Positions 38,217 through 52,152 of a DNA stretch of 64,000 nt are shown here, piece by piece (position 1 is the first letter of the stretch; each line of letters starts with the position of its first letter). Location: assembly GCA_964187785.1 (NCBI GenBank), contig OZ076413.1, forward strand, positions 42,100,001 through 42,164,000. The letters run 5' to 3'. The position numbers and the translations under genes were made by a program. A model generated the notes under the pieces. It made no database searches. It was not told where the DNA came from and was given only the letters and a program-made list of their open reading frames with translations. Source of the DNA: Amphiscolops sp. MND2022. Lineage: Eukaryota.

Positions 38217-38420
38217 GGAGCATGGTGTAGTTGTTAGACTATTCGGCCTGTACTGAGGTGGTATCAGGTTTCAATCTCTCTCATCTCACTATTGTTGGGC
38301 CTTGAGCAAGTCCTTGATGCCTAGCTTCTAGGGCCATGACAAAAAACAAAGAGAGAAACAAAATAAAAAGAGCTGCGGTGAACAGTCAGACCTTTGTGAC
38401 CTTGAGCAAGTCGTTTGAAA
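38217..38420 (+). mobile_element. Degenerate tRNA-derived SINE-like sequence
   Basis: A-box-like TGGTGTAGTTG and B-box-like GGTTTCAATCT, followed by ccttgagcaagtc twice (a motif typical of SINE bodies). No intact cloverleaf. Confidence 0.35.
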
Positions 38421-38728
38421 CCACTGCTTATGGCCGACCACTGCTTGAGCACTTGGCTGCAAATATGGTACCATAGTAGGCTATGTGGAGATAGTATCCG
38501 AAAGGGTGTCGACTTAGAAAAGCAGAACTGTTTGTTCCGCATCCACGCCGCCAATTGGGGAAATTATTTTTCTTCATGGGTAGTTAGAATTTTTTGGTAG
38601 TAAGCATTAATTAAAGTGTCGCCGTAAATGACTTCAGCAGGTAGTAAAATTCCCGGAAACTTCACAGTTAGTGTTCGTTTAGAGAGAGGAAACACTGTAT
38701 TCAATACTATCAGAAACAGTTACAATTA

Positions 38729-39445
38729 ACAAGCCGGGACCGGCCCAAGTCGGCGCCATATCCAAGGCTCAAAAATAGCAAAAAGACTTCCAAGTGTCAA
38801 GTATTCTCTTCTACAGTACTCGAAAATCGAAAAGTTTTGGGAAAAAATTTTTGGAAAAAATTACTTACTCAAAAAAATGGACCGAGTGGCGCGCCGGGGC
38901 CCGCTAGCGCGAGCCCCTGGCGCGCTAAAAGAGGGACACTTCCGAAATTGTCAACATTTTTGTCGCAGTTGAAGGGGGAACCCTTTGGAGAAAAAACAAA
39001 TTTTCGAATAAAAGTCTCAAGATAGCGAAAAACTGAAATGGGGACCCTTTGGGGTTTTTAAACACCCAATCTGCTGTAAAACATCAAAGAAATTGAAGGG
39101 GGGACCCTTTGGAGAGAAAAAAATTTAGAAAAAAAGTCTCACAATGCCGAAAAACTGAAAGGGGGACCCTTTGGGGTTTTTCAACATCCATTCTGTCGCA
39201 AAACATCAAAAAATTGAAGGGGGACCCTTTGGGGAAAAATTTTTCCGGGAAAAAAGTCTCGCAGTGCGAAAAAACTTGGAAGGGGGACCCTTTGGTGTCG
39301 CCCGGTAGGGTGTGTTACGCGGGAAAACAGGAAAAACCTTTTTGGTTCAGTTCGCTAGACCAAATAGTGCAATTTGGTGCAATAATATTTTGTAGAACTT
39401 TTAAGAACTATTTTGGTCAGTTCGTGTGGATTGAAAAAAAAACTA
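38729..39445. mobile_element. Helentron/HINE-like element, family A (one end truncated)
   Basis: Closely similar to the 10610-11311 copy, but lacks the gcgccgact end. Confidence 0.6.
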
Positions 39446-41367
39446 AAAACCAGGATAGTATTGAGAGAGTACAAAATTAATTTTTCTAAAAGATGAATGA
39501 ACTACTTTTTCAAATGATAACTTGCTTTTAGCTCGGCAGTAGTGTGATCGACGGCGAAATTGGGGCAACTTTAGACTTCAATCACAATTGATTCGCCGTC
39601 GTCTGCCAATGTTTGATTTCAAAAGCCCCCCCCCCCCCCCGAAGGCCTTTGTCGTTTTTTCTCCCCAAAAATGCCAAATGAAATCTAAGAAATTTGTTTA
39701 TCATTTTCCAGCGGCTGGTTTTGATAAAAATCGACCTATTCTGAGGGGCGCGAAGAAGAGTCATACAACTAGTATAAAATTTATATTTGATATAAAAATA
39801 AATTGCTCCACCAATATGTCCTATGGGCTTTTTTCTTTGGGTGTTTTCCCTTTCGACCTTTTTCCTTTGGGCGTTTTTTCCGATAACCAATAAAACATAA
39901 ATAGCTTTGTTCTAAGTTATTATCTGGTAATAAAGTTAGCTTTTATTCAGCGTTGCCACGGGTTAAGATCAGCCACACGAAAAATGTCGATTAGAAACTA
40001 AAAATGTGCAAGCCAAGGCTTTTCAGCAAATTAAATGGGTTTACAGCCAAATATAGTTTTAGATCTCAAGCTATTCCTAATGCATTTTCAAGGTTGTCTT
40101 TGACACTATGATAAGGAGAAACATCGACAGAAAAAGGTAGACGAAACAACAGACAAAATAACAGACTGAGAAACTTGTTTTTGAAGAAAAAAATTGACAG
40201 AGACTAGCATTTTTCAAAATTTGTCACTATAAATAAGATTTCCGTTAATGGGCTCCAATGGACTCCACGCATACTGACCTTTTTTGCAGATGTATACTTA
40301 TGCACTTGGCAGTATATCACAACTTAATGATGGAAAAACACTAAGCAAAAATGTTATAAAGTTTGTGGAAATCACCACTTCATATTCACCAGAATGGTCT
40401 TCTTCAGAATTTTAGGCGACCGTTGGCCTTTAGAATATGAAGACCCCAAGCAGTCACGCTGAATTCTCGACAGCTTTTAGTCAGAATACTAAGAGTAATA
40501 TTTAGTTCAGATGAAAGATTTTCTAAGTTGGTTAGTTGGGTTTTTGAGGTGCCTATAGCACCTTGAATTCATAAAAACACAACTTTGAAAAAACTACAGG
40601 TTCGTAAAGGTTAGCGATTGGTAACAAGCACAAAAGTAGACCCAACTACGGTTAAAAAAGCATGAACTGAAGAATGAAAAAATCAAGAGAAGTGTTTAAG
40701 TAGTATTCAAACATACCATATTTTTTGGAAAAATAACCGCGGTTCTATTTATAGGCTGCTAAAGATGTCGTTTTCGACCGTGTCTGTTGTTATTCGAGAT
40801 TTTTTGCATTTTCAATTCAAACATTCAAAAGGGCTAACTTGGACAATCAAACAAGCAGCTGGTTTGAATTGTGTTGAAAAAATAAAAAAGACAAAAATTA
40901 CTTAAAGTTCATCAGGATTTTTTTCGCTATTTATAAATAATTAAAACTGACAAAGAAGTGGCTGATAATTTCAACATATCTCAAGCATGAAAAACTTGAT
41001 GTATGTATATTTAATCTTTTCAGAAGAACGCTACATTTACACCATAGATTAAACGGCACGATTTGAATCAATTTGTCGTTCATTTATACTGTTACTTAAC
41101 TGATAGTTCAACTTAAGATTATGGACTAAATTAAGAAGAACAATTTGTTCAACATAAAACAACTTGCTGCCAAAAAATCTTGCCTAAAGCTTGCCTACAG
41201 GAAATGCCAATTTTGAACAATTTGGCGAACAAAAGAACAGGAATCATCATTCAATCCTTAAAAAAATATTAAGCACAATATAACGGGGAACAATTTATTG
41301 AAAGATAAAAATTGAAACAAGACCATTTTATGACCATAAAAGGACATGACCGTTGCAGCCGACTCAC

Positions 41368-44300
41368 CAAATCCTTTCGTTGTTTCTTAATCTCGTCGTT
41401 TCTTTCAGTGTCGTAATGTGAAATTTCCAGACTCGGATTGCGTTCTTCTTTCGATCGAAGCTCCAAGAATTTCGAAATCTGGAAAAATGATACAAGTAAA
41501 TTGAAACCTCATTTGAAACAAAACTAGACGAGCAATTGACGCGCAAGCAATTTGACTTGAATCGGCCTAAAAATTGTCCTCAATAGATATGTTTTAAACA
41601 TAAAAGCGACAATTTTAGTTCGAATTCATCATAGTTCAATATTTCAACACAGGAAACGAGGTTGAGACTGAGCCGAGTAGTTACTACAGGTTAATCACTT
41701 TCATGCAACACCGGAAGAAAGAAGTTTACTCCTTGGAAAATCATAAAACCCAAGCTGAGCCAACATATTCGCCATACTATGAGCATGGTCATTTCACGAT
41801 CATGACCATGCCAAAACCTACCATGTTCGTCCGGGATGGTAAATAACGTCCGAAAATTTTGCCAGTAAATAACGTCCAAAGACACATACCGCTAGCACCC
41901 TAAATGCAGGAGCAAAGCGAAGCGGAGCGACATGCCATTACTACTCCAGTGGCTTTGACGAAGGCCGACCTGGAGGGGCGCAAAGGCCCATGCAACCATT
42001 TTTCAATCGATATTTACTTTTAAGATTAATTCTTTAAAAGACCTTTTTGGACTCCAATAAATAGCCTTGGACGTTATTTCAAACTTTTTCTGTACGTTAT
42101 TTCTTTGGACGTTATTTCCTCCAACCGTTTTGTAGCATGGGCGATCGGATTATGTCGAAATCAATGGTTGATTTCAAAAAATGTAGCAATTAAAATGAGT
42201 GCAAGTACTTCATATTCAATATCTCTGATGGTCTTTATCGAGTCTTCTTCCCTCTGCAACAAGTTGATGTACGTCTCGTATAGGGTGAGGTGCTTCGGCT
42301 GAGGGGCTGTGTGATCTACCTGTAAAACATCCACTCATAACTACTAGTTATAAAGATTATAACCATAGCACACGCCAGCAACACTCAAATCATCACATAT
42401 CACATGTTCTTAAAATTCCACATCACAAAACATGAAAACTCGTGGAATAAAGGAAGGCGAGAAAGTGAACAAAAGAACCAACGAAGCGATGATGAGAGAA
42501 CCAGAATTAGAAATAAATTGGTATCGACATATTAGCTATAACAAGAAAGTCCAGATTTCACGCAGACAAAAGGGATTCTAGAACGGAAGTACTTTTATCA
42601 AAAGCTGAAAGAGCAATTCTTTAAAAGTATTTGATATTAGAAACAATCAAAGTCGAGGTGAAATGATAACTTGAAAAGAATGACTGCACCCGAAATGACG
42701 ACTGACAAGAATCATTGGCATAGACACTATTGCGACACTTTTGATCGAGCAGCGCAATTTGCGGATTTATTGCTTATCAAAGTTGCCAGTATATTGGTAT
42801 AAATTATATATTTTTATAGCACAGACAGCAGAATTACAACCGAAATTCGGTATCATGCAAGAATTCGGTGGATTGTAAAGTGACGAATAAAAATTCCGCA
42901 ACAATGCCATTTTCGTTAAAAAAGAAACAAAAAAGGAATTTATACTAGTTAAATGAGACATAAGCTAGCACCAACAGGGACTTGGCTTTAAAATTGACCA
43001 AAAAATCATTCAAAAATCAATTGCAATTTGTCCCCCAACAACTCATATTGAGGCCTAAACTGTAATTTTTAGCTTTGAAATGTACCAGGACTTTTTGATT
43101 CAAATGTATCAGATATCTTCTCACTATGCAATACAGTCATGTGATGAAAGAATGGCTCGCTGTTTGATAGTTAAATTTGGAACGCCTCATGATTTTACGA
43201 ATTTCTCAAAAACTGTCAGATTTTCTAAAATAGGATAAAAGCAAAAGTTTCTCGGATTTTTGCCTAGTTTAATGACAATTCTTTCTAAATCAAGCAAAAG
43301 TCAAAAACTTGGATCGCCAATCAAATAATACATAGAGTCGTTAAAATTTTATTTCTGCAATATTTGTCATAGAAGTTTCAAACAAACGAATGTAAAGCAG
43401 ATTGAATTTCAAGAAATACTCATCAAAGGCATTCTCCTGATAATCAAAAGTTTTGTAGTTTTGTATATATTAGCAGAAAAGTGAGGTGTTACGAACATTA
43501 ATATCAATTAAGGGTTCAATTCTTCTATCACAGGGCTATAACGGGATTAGCCAGTGCAGAAAAAAGCCGGACATTCAATCTGCATAACCGGTCAAAATAA
43601 CCCAAAATTCAGCTGTACTGACCGCTCTGTCAATTTTTAGCAGAACTTCAATAAATAACTTAACAAGAGTAGATATTTCCAGAAGACATTTATGGCAGTC
43701 AAGGATGACATAAAATGGAGGCTTGTTTCTCCTCATCTCATAATTACTGCTGGTGATTAAGATTGACAGTTAGACCAAAAGATAAGATGTCTGACCGGAT
43801 GAGATGAATTTGTACCAACCAAAGGACATTTCCTTTGTATTGACAGGACGCTTAACAATGTATACGCTGAGTTACATGCTCAGAATGATTTTTTTCTTGA
43901 TTTCCTTCCTCATCTTTCCCGATTTTCAGATACAATATTCAACTCTAAAACATGGACTTGAAATGAATAACTTTCTTCTCGGCAAGCTTCAAAAGCCATA
44001 CAAATAACAGTACCTTTTTTGAAAAAGGTCAAAACGTTTAGGCATATCAAAATCGAATCATTTTAATCGATTCAAAAAAATTGAAATAGAAACGAACAAT
44101 AGAAAAAAGTATTCTTCTTCTTTTGTAACGTGTACTGACAAAATCAACCCAAACAAAAGCACCCAATTTCTAGTCATAAACCTACCAGTCAAGAAGAAGA
44201 TTTAATTAATTTGATGCCCGAAGGCGTACAAATTACAGATTTAAATTAAACTTGATTATCACCTGTTATGGAAGCACTAGCGTTGCAGATAATTCTGCAT

Positions 44301-47300
44301 AGAACAGAAAGTTTACTCAAGTTCTCAATTTTTACGGTATTCATCAGCTGGTCTAGTTTTATCAAATTCGGGTAGTAACAGAAATATTGCGGCAAGAGTC
44401 TTTCGCGGTCAGTTCGGAAAAATTTACAGACTAGCAGTAGGTGGTATTCGTCGGCTTTACAATTTTCTCGACAGAACGGACATGTATTGCTTTCGTTCCC
44501 TAGGATCTTGTCTTTTACCGTTGGTAAAGTTATAGGTGCACACCTGAAATGGGTCAGCCCTATCCTTTCTTTAAAATTTAGTTTGCGAATATACAATTCT
44601 AATTCGGCCTTTCGTTTGTATATACTGTAACATTCACATATGGGCGTTGTGCGCATCATTGTTTGCCAGGATTGTTTAGCAAGATCCTCACAGTATCGTT
44701 TGATATAATTTTTGAACTCATTGTCGTTAACGTAGTTGACGTAATTCTCAATAGTTGGTATGCCGCAATTTATCAGTGTTTTTTACGCCTTGCAGCCATT
44801 TATTTTCATAGTTACTCAAGTTTAACCATTTGAACATCATATCAGGAAGTTTCTGACTGTTCGTGGTAACTTTTTTCCAGTAGAATGCCATTCTTTGCCA
44901 GATTGAGAACTTCATCTCTGTTTGTCCTAATTCACCGTAAATCATCGCTTTAGGGACACCTTTCCTAATTCTTAACATCTTTCTCAAAAAATTTCGGTGG
45001 AAAATTTCAATTTGTTCGACATTTTCATATCCCCACACCTCACAGCCGTATAATAAAATAGGCTTGATCAATGCATCGAAAAGATGTAGTTGTGTTTCTA
45101 CGTCTAATTCAATTTTACCTGAGTAGACTGCTAGTTTATGTAATGCCTTTTTAGCTTTATCCACATTGTTTTTTATGGTTGTTTGAAAAGTGTTATTAAA
45201 CTTGACAACAATTCCCAAATACAGGAAGGTATCAACACGTTCAATTGGTGTGCCATACACTAGGACATCAGAATATTTTCTAATCTTCCCACGTGAACAT
45301 ATCATAAATTTTGTCTTGGAAACATTAATTTTCATATTGTTTTCCATACAGTATTCTGCTGTAGCGTCGAGTGCTTTTTGCATATCATGTTCACTTTCGC
45401 ATATAAGCACGGTATCATCTGCATACAGGAGAGCGTACATCTTTAACCATAATTCGAGATCCGTATTTATATTCGTTTCTGACTGCAGTTCGATTCCTGA
45501 GAACTTCTGACTGATAATATTTTTAAAATCATTGATGTAAATTATAAATAGAAGAGGTGACAATGTGTCAAAAGCGCCCAAACTATAGTCATGGTTGTCC
45601 TGCAAACTATAGTGCAAGTTGTCCATGCATAATACTAAAAGAAAAATTGGCAATTATTCCGTCGAGCGACGAACTTCTATTCAATAAATTGCTACGGAGT
45701 AATCAAACCGCCAGTCATTTCTGATCGATGTGCTTATGACCGCGTATTCTGGGCGCTTTTGACTGGGAGGTTTTTTCTAGAGCGCTTTTGTCTGGTACCC
45801 GTTTTGAAACACTATGGATCGTTGGGTGATAGAATGCAAGCAACTACTGAGTGACTGACTTGATACGGTAACTAAAGTGAGGAAATCTACAGTAGCAATC
45901 TACAACTACTCTTACCTTTCCGGGATTTTCTCTATCCCATATTGCCTTCGCCTGTTATAATAATTTACAAAAAGCAATTAAAATTGTCTGCTAAAATTCA
46001 AATAACGAGAACCCTTTTGTGAAATGAAACAAATTCGAGAAAAAGTCCCACAATTCTCAAAAAATCACATGTAGCTGGGTAATTCGAAAAGGAAAAACAA
46101 AAAAAGGAAGAAAGGATCCTTTGAATCCTTTGGCCTTCTTTAGATCTAGGCTTGTAGAACTTTTGTAGAACGTTCTTGGTCACTTCGACCGGATTGAAAA
46201 ATTCAAAATAAAAAACGGACGAAAAGCCACTATAGTAGCCAAAGATACTAGTCGACGGCCAAGTACCTTTCACAAGGAAAATCAGTTTTCATCATTTTTA
46301 AGCTACGTACAAATTTATTGCTGCTTAAAATCAGAATTTTGAACAACGATTAACATATGATGATAGCAAAAATTTAACTCTGGACCCAAATTCAGCTTGA
46401 ATGAACTTAGGGCATCATAAAGGATGGCCTATTGTTTTTCTAGAGTAAGACAGTAACTTAGCGAACAGTTGCTCAGTTGTTGAGAAAAAGCAAAGTTTTT
46501 GAAATGTATTTTTTGCAAATTTTCACTTTTTCCCATTTACTTTTTTGCCGATGGCTCGAAAAAAAACTATATTGACACAAGTTAGTCCAATATACTCACC
46601 CCAGTAAGTCCAAAATATTGTCGATAGGAAAGGCAAATTTTGGTTATCCTATATGATATTGTGTTTCGTAATTTTTTATTGATTGCGAAAAAAATCGCTG
46701 TCTTCATTTGAGGACGAAATCACTGTCGAGGTTAAATAAAAGATATGTGGCGCAAAAACCTTAAATCCAAAGACATAGTTGGTAGTTGGGTATTTTCAAT
46801 TGAAACAACCAACATTTTTCATGGAAAAAAATTCATTCTGGGCTAAATGGTATTTCGGCGTTTTCAGTGGATTCCACTAAATACATGCCCCTTTTGAGCT
46901 TTGAGCGTGGACAGCGAAATCTACAAACAAATCTCTCGAACATTGCAACAGTAGAGTATTTGCAAGCAGTGGAATGCATAAGCAAATACTTGAGGCGTGG
47001 TGAAAAATCAGTTTAGTGCTCTATGATGTCAGTAAATCATACATAATTCGTGAGAATAGTGGAGTCCACTGGATGCAATCGCGGGATCCTGCTCAATAAA
47101 AGTGGAATCAAATGCGCGTAATAGAGAAATGGACTGCATAAAATTGAGTGGCATGCCAGCGTTGAGAATTTCGCAGCAGCATTATTAAGGATGCATCCTC
47201 AAGAAGCAAAATTTCTCAATGCAGGCATTTTTGAGCTAGTGTGCAAAACAGTGGATGAAGACATATGTCAGCCAGTTTCATTTTATTCGGCGCTTTCTCA

Positions 47301-50300
47301 AGAAGAGCAGACTATAGTATTCTTTTTCAAGAACTTTTTTCAAGACGAACTGACAGATTTCATAAGTTTATATCGAGTGTTGCTTAGTGACTATTAACTT
47401 CTACTGCCACTAGACACAGATCTTAATCCGGATTTTTTGAAGTCTGAGAATCAGAAGGACGTGGGTTCGAATCTCGCACTTGACAAAAATTTTTTATGCC
47501 TTTCGGAATTTTCGACATTGAGACTTTTTCCGTAAACAAAAAATCTACGTTTTCGATGTAGGGTAAAAGTGTTTTTCGAGTCATTGAACTGGTTCCCGGC
47601 TTGTTTGCTTTTGCAGGGCCGACTTTTTTCGGCTTTGTCTTACTTTTTTTGTCAAAAGTTTCATCGAATGGACCCACTTCATTTTTCCAATTTTTTTAGG
47701 AAAATACGTTTTTCGAGCCTGATGGATTGCCATTTGGGGGTTTGGCAATGTGCGACTTTTTTAAGGGAAAACGTTTCCAGAATTTTTTTCTACAATGTTG
47801 GGTTTTTAGTTACATAGGGGTTTTTCGAGCCCCAAGGGCGCCTCTCTATTTTTTGCTCCCTGCAATCTACAAGAATTTTATGAAAGTCATGTCGAGCATT
47901 CCAATGAAAATTTGAAAGTTTTGACTTAAACGGGGCGCTGACTTGCGACGTTCTCGCTTTGTTTTCGTTTTGACATCATTCTCCACCTTAATTCCGAGAG
48001 GAAAATTGAATAACAACTTTGAAATACACATAAAGAAAAACAATCTAAATCACCAAAGTGGCAAAATTTACATCCATTTCAGCCTGTTGCATCAAACAAG
48101 AGCGATAAAAAAGACTCAAAAATGGACAACCGAAGACCTCGGGCACTTTATTAATTATGGCCACATGACGAATTTAGGGCAAACAAGCTGGGAACGGCAT
48201 AAGTGGGTGCCATATCTAAGGCTCAAAAATAGCAAAAGGACTTCAAAGTGTCAAGTATTCTCATTTACAGTACTCAAAAAATCCAAAATTTGGACCGAAT
48301 TGGCGCGCTAAGAGGGGGACACTTTCGGATTTTTAAATATTTCTGTCGCAAAACATCAAAAAATTGAAAGAGGGACCCTTTAGTCTCGTCCGGTATTGTA
48401 TGTTGCGCTGAAAAAAAGAAACAACTCTTTTGATTAAATTCATTGGACCAAATGGTCCAATTTGAAACCTTAGAGTTTCGAACAACTTTTAAGAACTATT
48501 TTGGTCAGCTCGTGTGGATTGAAAAAAAAATCACTAGGATAGTCACGTTTCGCTTCATGAAGCGCCGACTAAAATAGAATGCAAAACAACTTTTTAATGT
48601 TTGCTTTTTTTTTCAGGGAGATTTTTGAAATGCAATTCTGTCATTTGACCAAAAAACTAGCCCCTGCAATAGTTGAGTGCAATTCTCGCAAATGCACCAA
48701 CTGAAAAACAAATTTTCTCAGACATCTTTCGAAACTTTTTAAGAATCAGTGTGGCTTGAATTATTTTCTCAAGATAATCTCAGGTATTTGTTTCGTTTTC
48801 GAGACTAAAATGGAGAATTGAACGCAAAGCCAAATATGTTGCCAAGAGGGAAGGAAATACCTGGAAACTGGTCACGTGTTCAGGGTCGAGAAGGGGCTCG
48901 CTGGTCTTGTCGTCAGTCTGACCGGATTTGGCAAACTCCCTGTAGGAGGGGGCGATCCTGTTCTCGTCTCTGTGATACGTCACCAGAATCCTCTCCTCCG
49001 CCAGATGGAAGATCAGCTCCGAGATATCCTCGTCTGCCTTTATGTCCGGGTTTCGAGAGTATTTCTCCACTATGATCTGGGAAGAAAAATGGGGAAATCA
49101 TTGCAGAAAGAGGATATCACCAAAATTACTTATCAATTACTATTAAAAACGGTTTGGTTGGATAATTTTAGTAGCACCGATTTTTTGAGAGTATCAATTG
49201 TTCTTTTCAACGAATAGGCATTTGAGGAAGTTTTGATACCAACTTTTAAATGATTTTAAATACTAATTAAAAAGTAGATTAATTTTCACAATGCCTTGTG
49301 AGAAGTTAATGATATGATTAAACCAGTCTTAATAATCAATGAAATTGGGGCACAACGACCTAATTTATGAATTCGCTTCCATTTGCCTTTGTTTTCCAAT
49401 TTTTGGAAGCGTTACTGACACTGTAGCATGTAGGCAGCATATTGACACCCTGAAACTGTTTACCGAAACGCCTCCTCGGTAATTTGGGAACAAAAAATGT
49501 GTTACCATTGTACCATGGTGGTTTTGACACGATTGGTCATTACAGAAGGCAACCCAGGTTTATCACCTTTTCATCCATGAGCATGGCTTTTTATAGCATT
49601 ACATTCTAACCATGGCTGATAAGAACCCATGATTCATCCATGAAGATCTATGACGAAGCTACATGTTTTGTTAACCATGGAAGCTTTAAGTAAGACTATT
49701 ATTAATTCATGCATTTCATCATAAACCAAACAATTGTTTGGTTTTTGATGAAATGCACGAATTAATAGTCTTACTTAAAACTTCCATGTTTAACAAAACA
49801 TGTACTCTTAAGAAAGTTCGATTGGACCAAGAATGTTTCTTTGAAAAATATGGGAAATAAAAATAAAATCCAGAAAATATTCGAAATTAGTTTGTTAAAT
49901 GATTCATGACGTTTTAAATATATTTTAAAAAGTTTAGTTCGATTTTCATTTTTAGACGTTGAGATACTAATTTCAGTTCACCAATTTTTTTTGCAATGGT
50001 TCTTAAGAGAATCACTTCTACCAAAATGAATGAAAATTTAGGCATTTTCAAGTTAAATTCATCGGCTTTAACCATGGTCAGCAATGACATCATGGCTTTT
50101 GATTAATGATTATCCATAAATCATGGATATCTTTCCATGGTCATGGATTCTTTTCGGTATGGCGAACCCATGAATAATGGATGGAAAGCCACGACCTGTA
50201 AACCTGGAAATTTTAAATGAGTTATGAAACTTTGAATAAAACAGTGTATTTTTATACCATCTTGCGTTATATATAGCTCCAACAAACAATCACCAATCAG

Positions 50301-50983
50301 GCCTATGGATTACCACTCACAATTATTACTTTTTCTTCGAAATTAAAAACTGAGCTGTGAAATGAAGGTATGAAAATGGTCAACTCACTTCGATGGGTCT
50401 TGAATTTTTGAGCTCACTGGGTGCGAACGACTTTGCCCTTTTGCCGTAAGTGACTTGTCGGTAGTAAAGATTGTCTGGTCTGTTCTGGTACTCCTCAATC
50501 AGCGATAGGGGCTTCTCGGCCCTCCTGTAGAGACCATCTACCCTCACGTTCTCGTAGAACAACATCGTACGTTCTGTTTCCGGCAAGTAGGGCGAAATCG
50601 CCATATAGGTGTGCTCTGGACAAAAAATCTGCTAAATACCTCTTGCAAAGACAACCGATTTAGTTGAAGTGTATTTTATTTATAGAGGGCCAAAGAAGGC
50701 CTACAAAACATCAATAACGAACTGACATCAGCAGATTTTTTAAAATGAAAACTTTCTCGATAAAGTTTCGAAAAAAATGTACCCCAAAAACTATATCAAA
50801 CAACCAAACATTGATACATATCAATATAGTTCGTGATACAATTCTGCTTACCTTTTATGGCAGATGGCCGTCCAGGGTAGAAAAGTTCCGTGACCTGACC
50901 GGTGGACGCCTTGTCGTGGCTCCTCTCGTACAGCAAGTCTTTTCTGTGTTTGTACCATTCCTTAACGCTGATACAGTCGGACC
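41368..50983 (-). CDS. DRC7: Dynein regulatory complex subunit 7 (CCDC135), internal exons 50983-50852, 50615-50389, 49076-48861, 42319-42209, 41478-41368
   Basis: Phase-compatible GT..AG exons encode VKEWYKHRKDLL, FYPGRPSAIKEHTY, FYENVRVDGL, YQNRPDNLYYR, RPIEIIVEKYSRNP..ADEDISELIFHLAEERI..YH and LEISHYDTERN. These are collinear with the recalled vertebrate DRC7 sequence (e.g. FYETARVDGL, ISIYDTKRN). The 5' and 3' exons were not found in the window. Confidence 0.88.
44193..45566 (-). mobile_element. 5'-truncated non-LTR retrotransposon (RT C-terminal half plus Cys/His motif), frameshifted
   Basis: LSPLLFIIYIND, LLYADDTVL, YLG, LLYGCEVWG; CPFC..DEYHLLLVC in 44246-44659. Short (TCT)n tail. Candidate TSD GTCAA at 44188-44192 and 45567-45571. 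Confidence 0.9.
48183..48570. mobile_element. Helentron/HINE-like element, family A (short)
   Basis: acaagctgggaacggc...ctaaggctcaaaaatagc ... aagcgccgact. Confidence 0.55.
49554..50207. mobile_element. MITE-like element with an internal ~145-bp palindrome (49660-49804)
   Basis: Termini ccaggttta ... taaacctgg; many ccatgg motifs. Internal foldback tacatgttttgttaa...ttaacaaaacatgta. Confidence 0.55.
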
Positions 50984-52152
50984 CTGGAATTAACATGACT
51001 TTTATAGAATTAAATTTTAACACTTTTAATCATATAGAAGCAAAATAATAATATAATACACAACACTGCAGTTCCACTTTTGCGGATTCAGTAACATCTC
51101 TGCAAGGGTACAAAATTTTTGAAAAGTATTTCTATAATAGGGTTATGACACAGCTTCTGAACCCAATAGCGAATTAGCGGTAATAAAAAACTCGTCAGCG
51201 ATTAAAAGTAGCGGTATCAAATTATAGGCTGTCTCACAGCAGTGACGTCATAAAATGCTCATCTTACGTTTCATGCACTTTTCAACTAAAATAACAAGAC
51301 CGGAACGTCTAAGTTGGCGCCCCATGGGCTCAAAAAGCGCAAAGTTTTCCAAAATATGCTCAAAACTTCTTTAAATAAAACAAGCCGGCAACGGCATAAA
51401 TAGGCGCCATACGTAAGGCTCAAAAATAGCAAAAGAACTTCAAAGTGTCAAGTATTCTCTTCTACAGTACGCTAAAAAACCCAAAAATTGGACCGAATTG
51501 GCGCGCCCTTTCAGATTTTTTAACATCCATTCTGTTGCAGACTATCAAAAAAATTAAAGGGCCTTTTGAAGACATCAAAAATTATTCGAAAAAGTCTCAC
51601 AATGCCGAAAAAACGGAAAGACCATTTAGTGTCGCCCGGTATTGTATGTTAGGCTGAAAAAAGGAGCAACCTTTTCGGTTGAGTTCCCTGGGCCCCATGG
51701 TTCAATTTGACACCTTAAATTTCCTAGAACTTTGTAGAACTGTCTTGGCCAGTTCGTGTTGAGTGAAAAAAAGTCAATAGTATAGTCGTGTTTCACTTCA
51801 TGAAGTGCCGATTAAAAATCACAAAAATGTCGAAACACCCACAGAGTGCCTTTCGTGCTCGCAAAACGCATCAAAAGAGATACGAGCGCCTTTTTCGGTC
51901 CTACGCCTACTCCCCAGTAAAACGCAAATTACTTCGGATATAACCTCAAAAGTTGGAAAATAGCGTGCTATGCCACATGGGATCGCCTTTTCCGAATCTC
52001 GACCTTCTCGTTAGTAAAGCGCAATTTACTTCGGATAAAACGTCAAATTCGGATATAGAGCAATAATTTCGATCCTCCGCTTCCTCCTCAGAAAAATGCA
52101 ATCAGACAAAAGATGAGAATTGTTGTGATAAACTTATTAAATAGTTTCAGAG

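Noticed and set aside
38217..38290. tRNA gene
   Set aside because: Boxes are degenerate and no acceptor stem or cloverleaf can be drawn. Kept only as a SINE-like relic.
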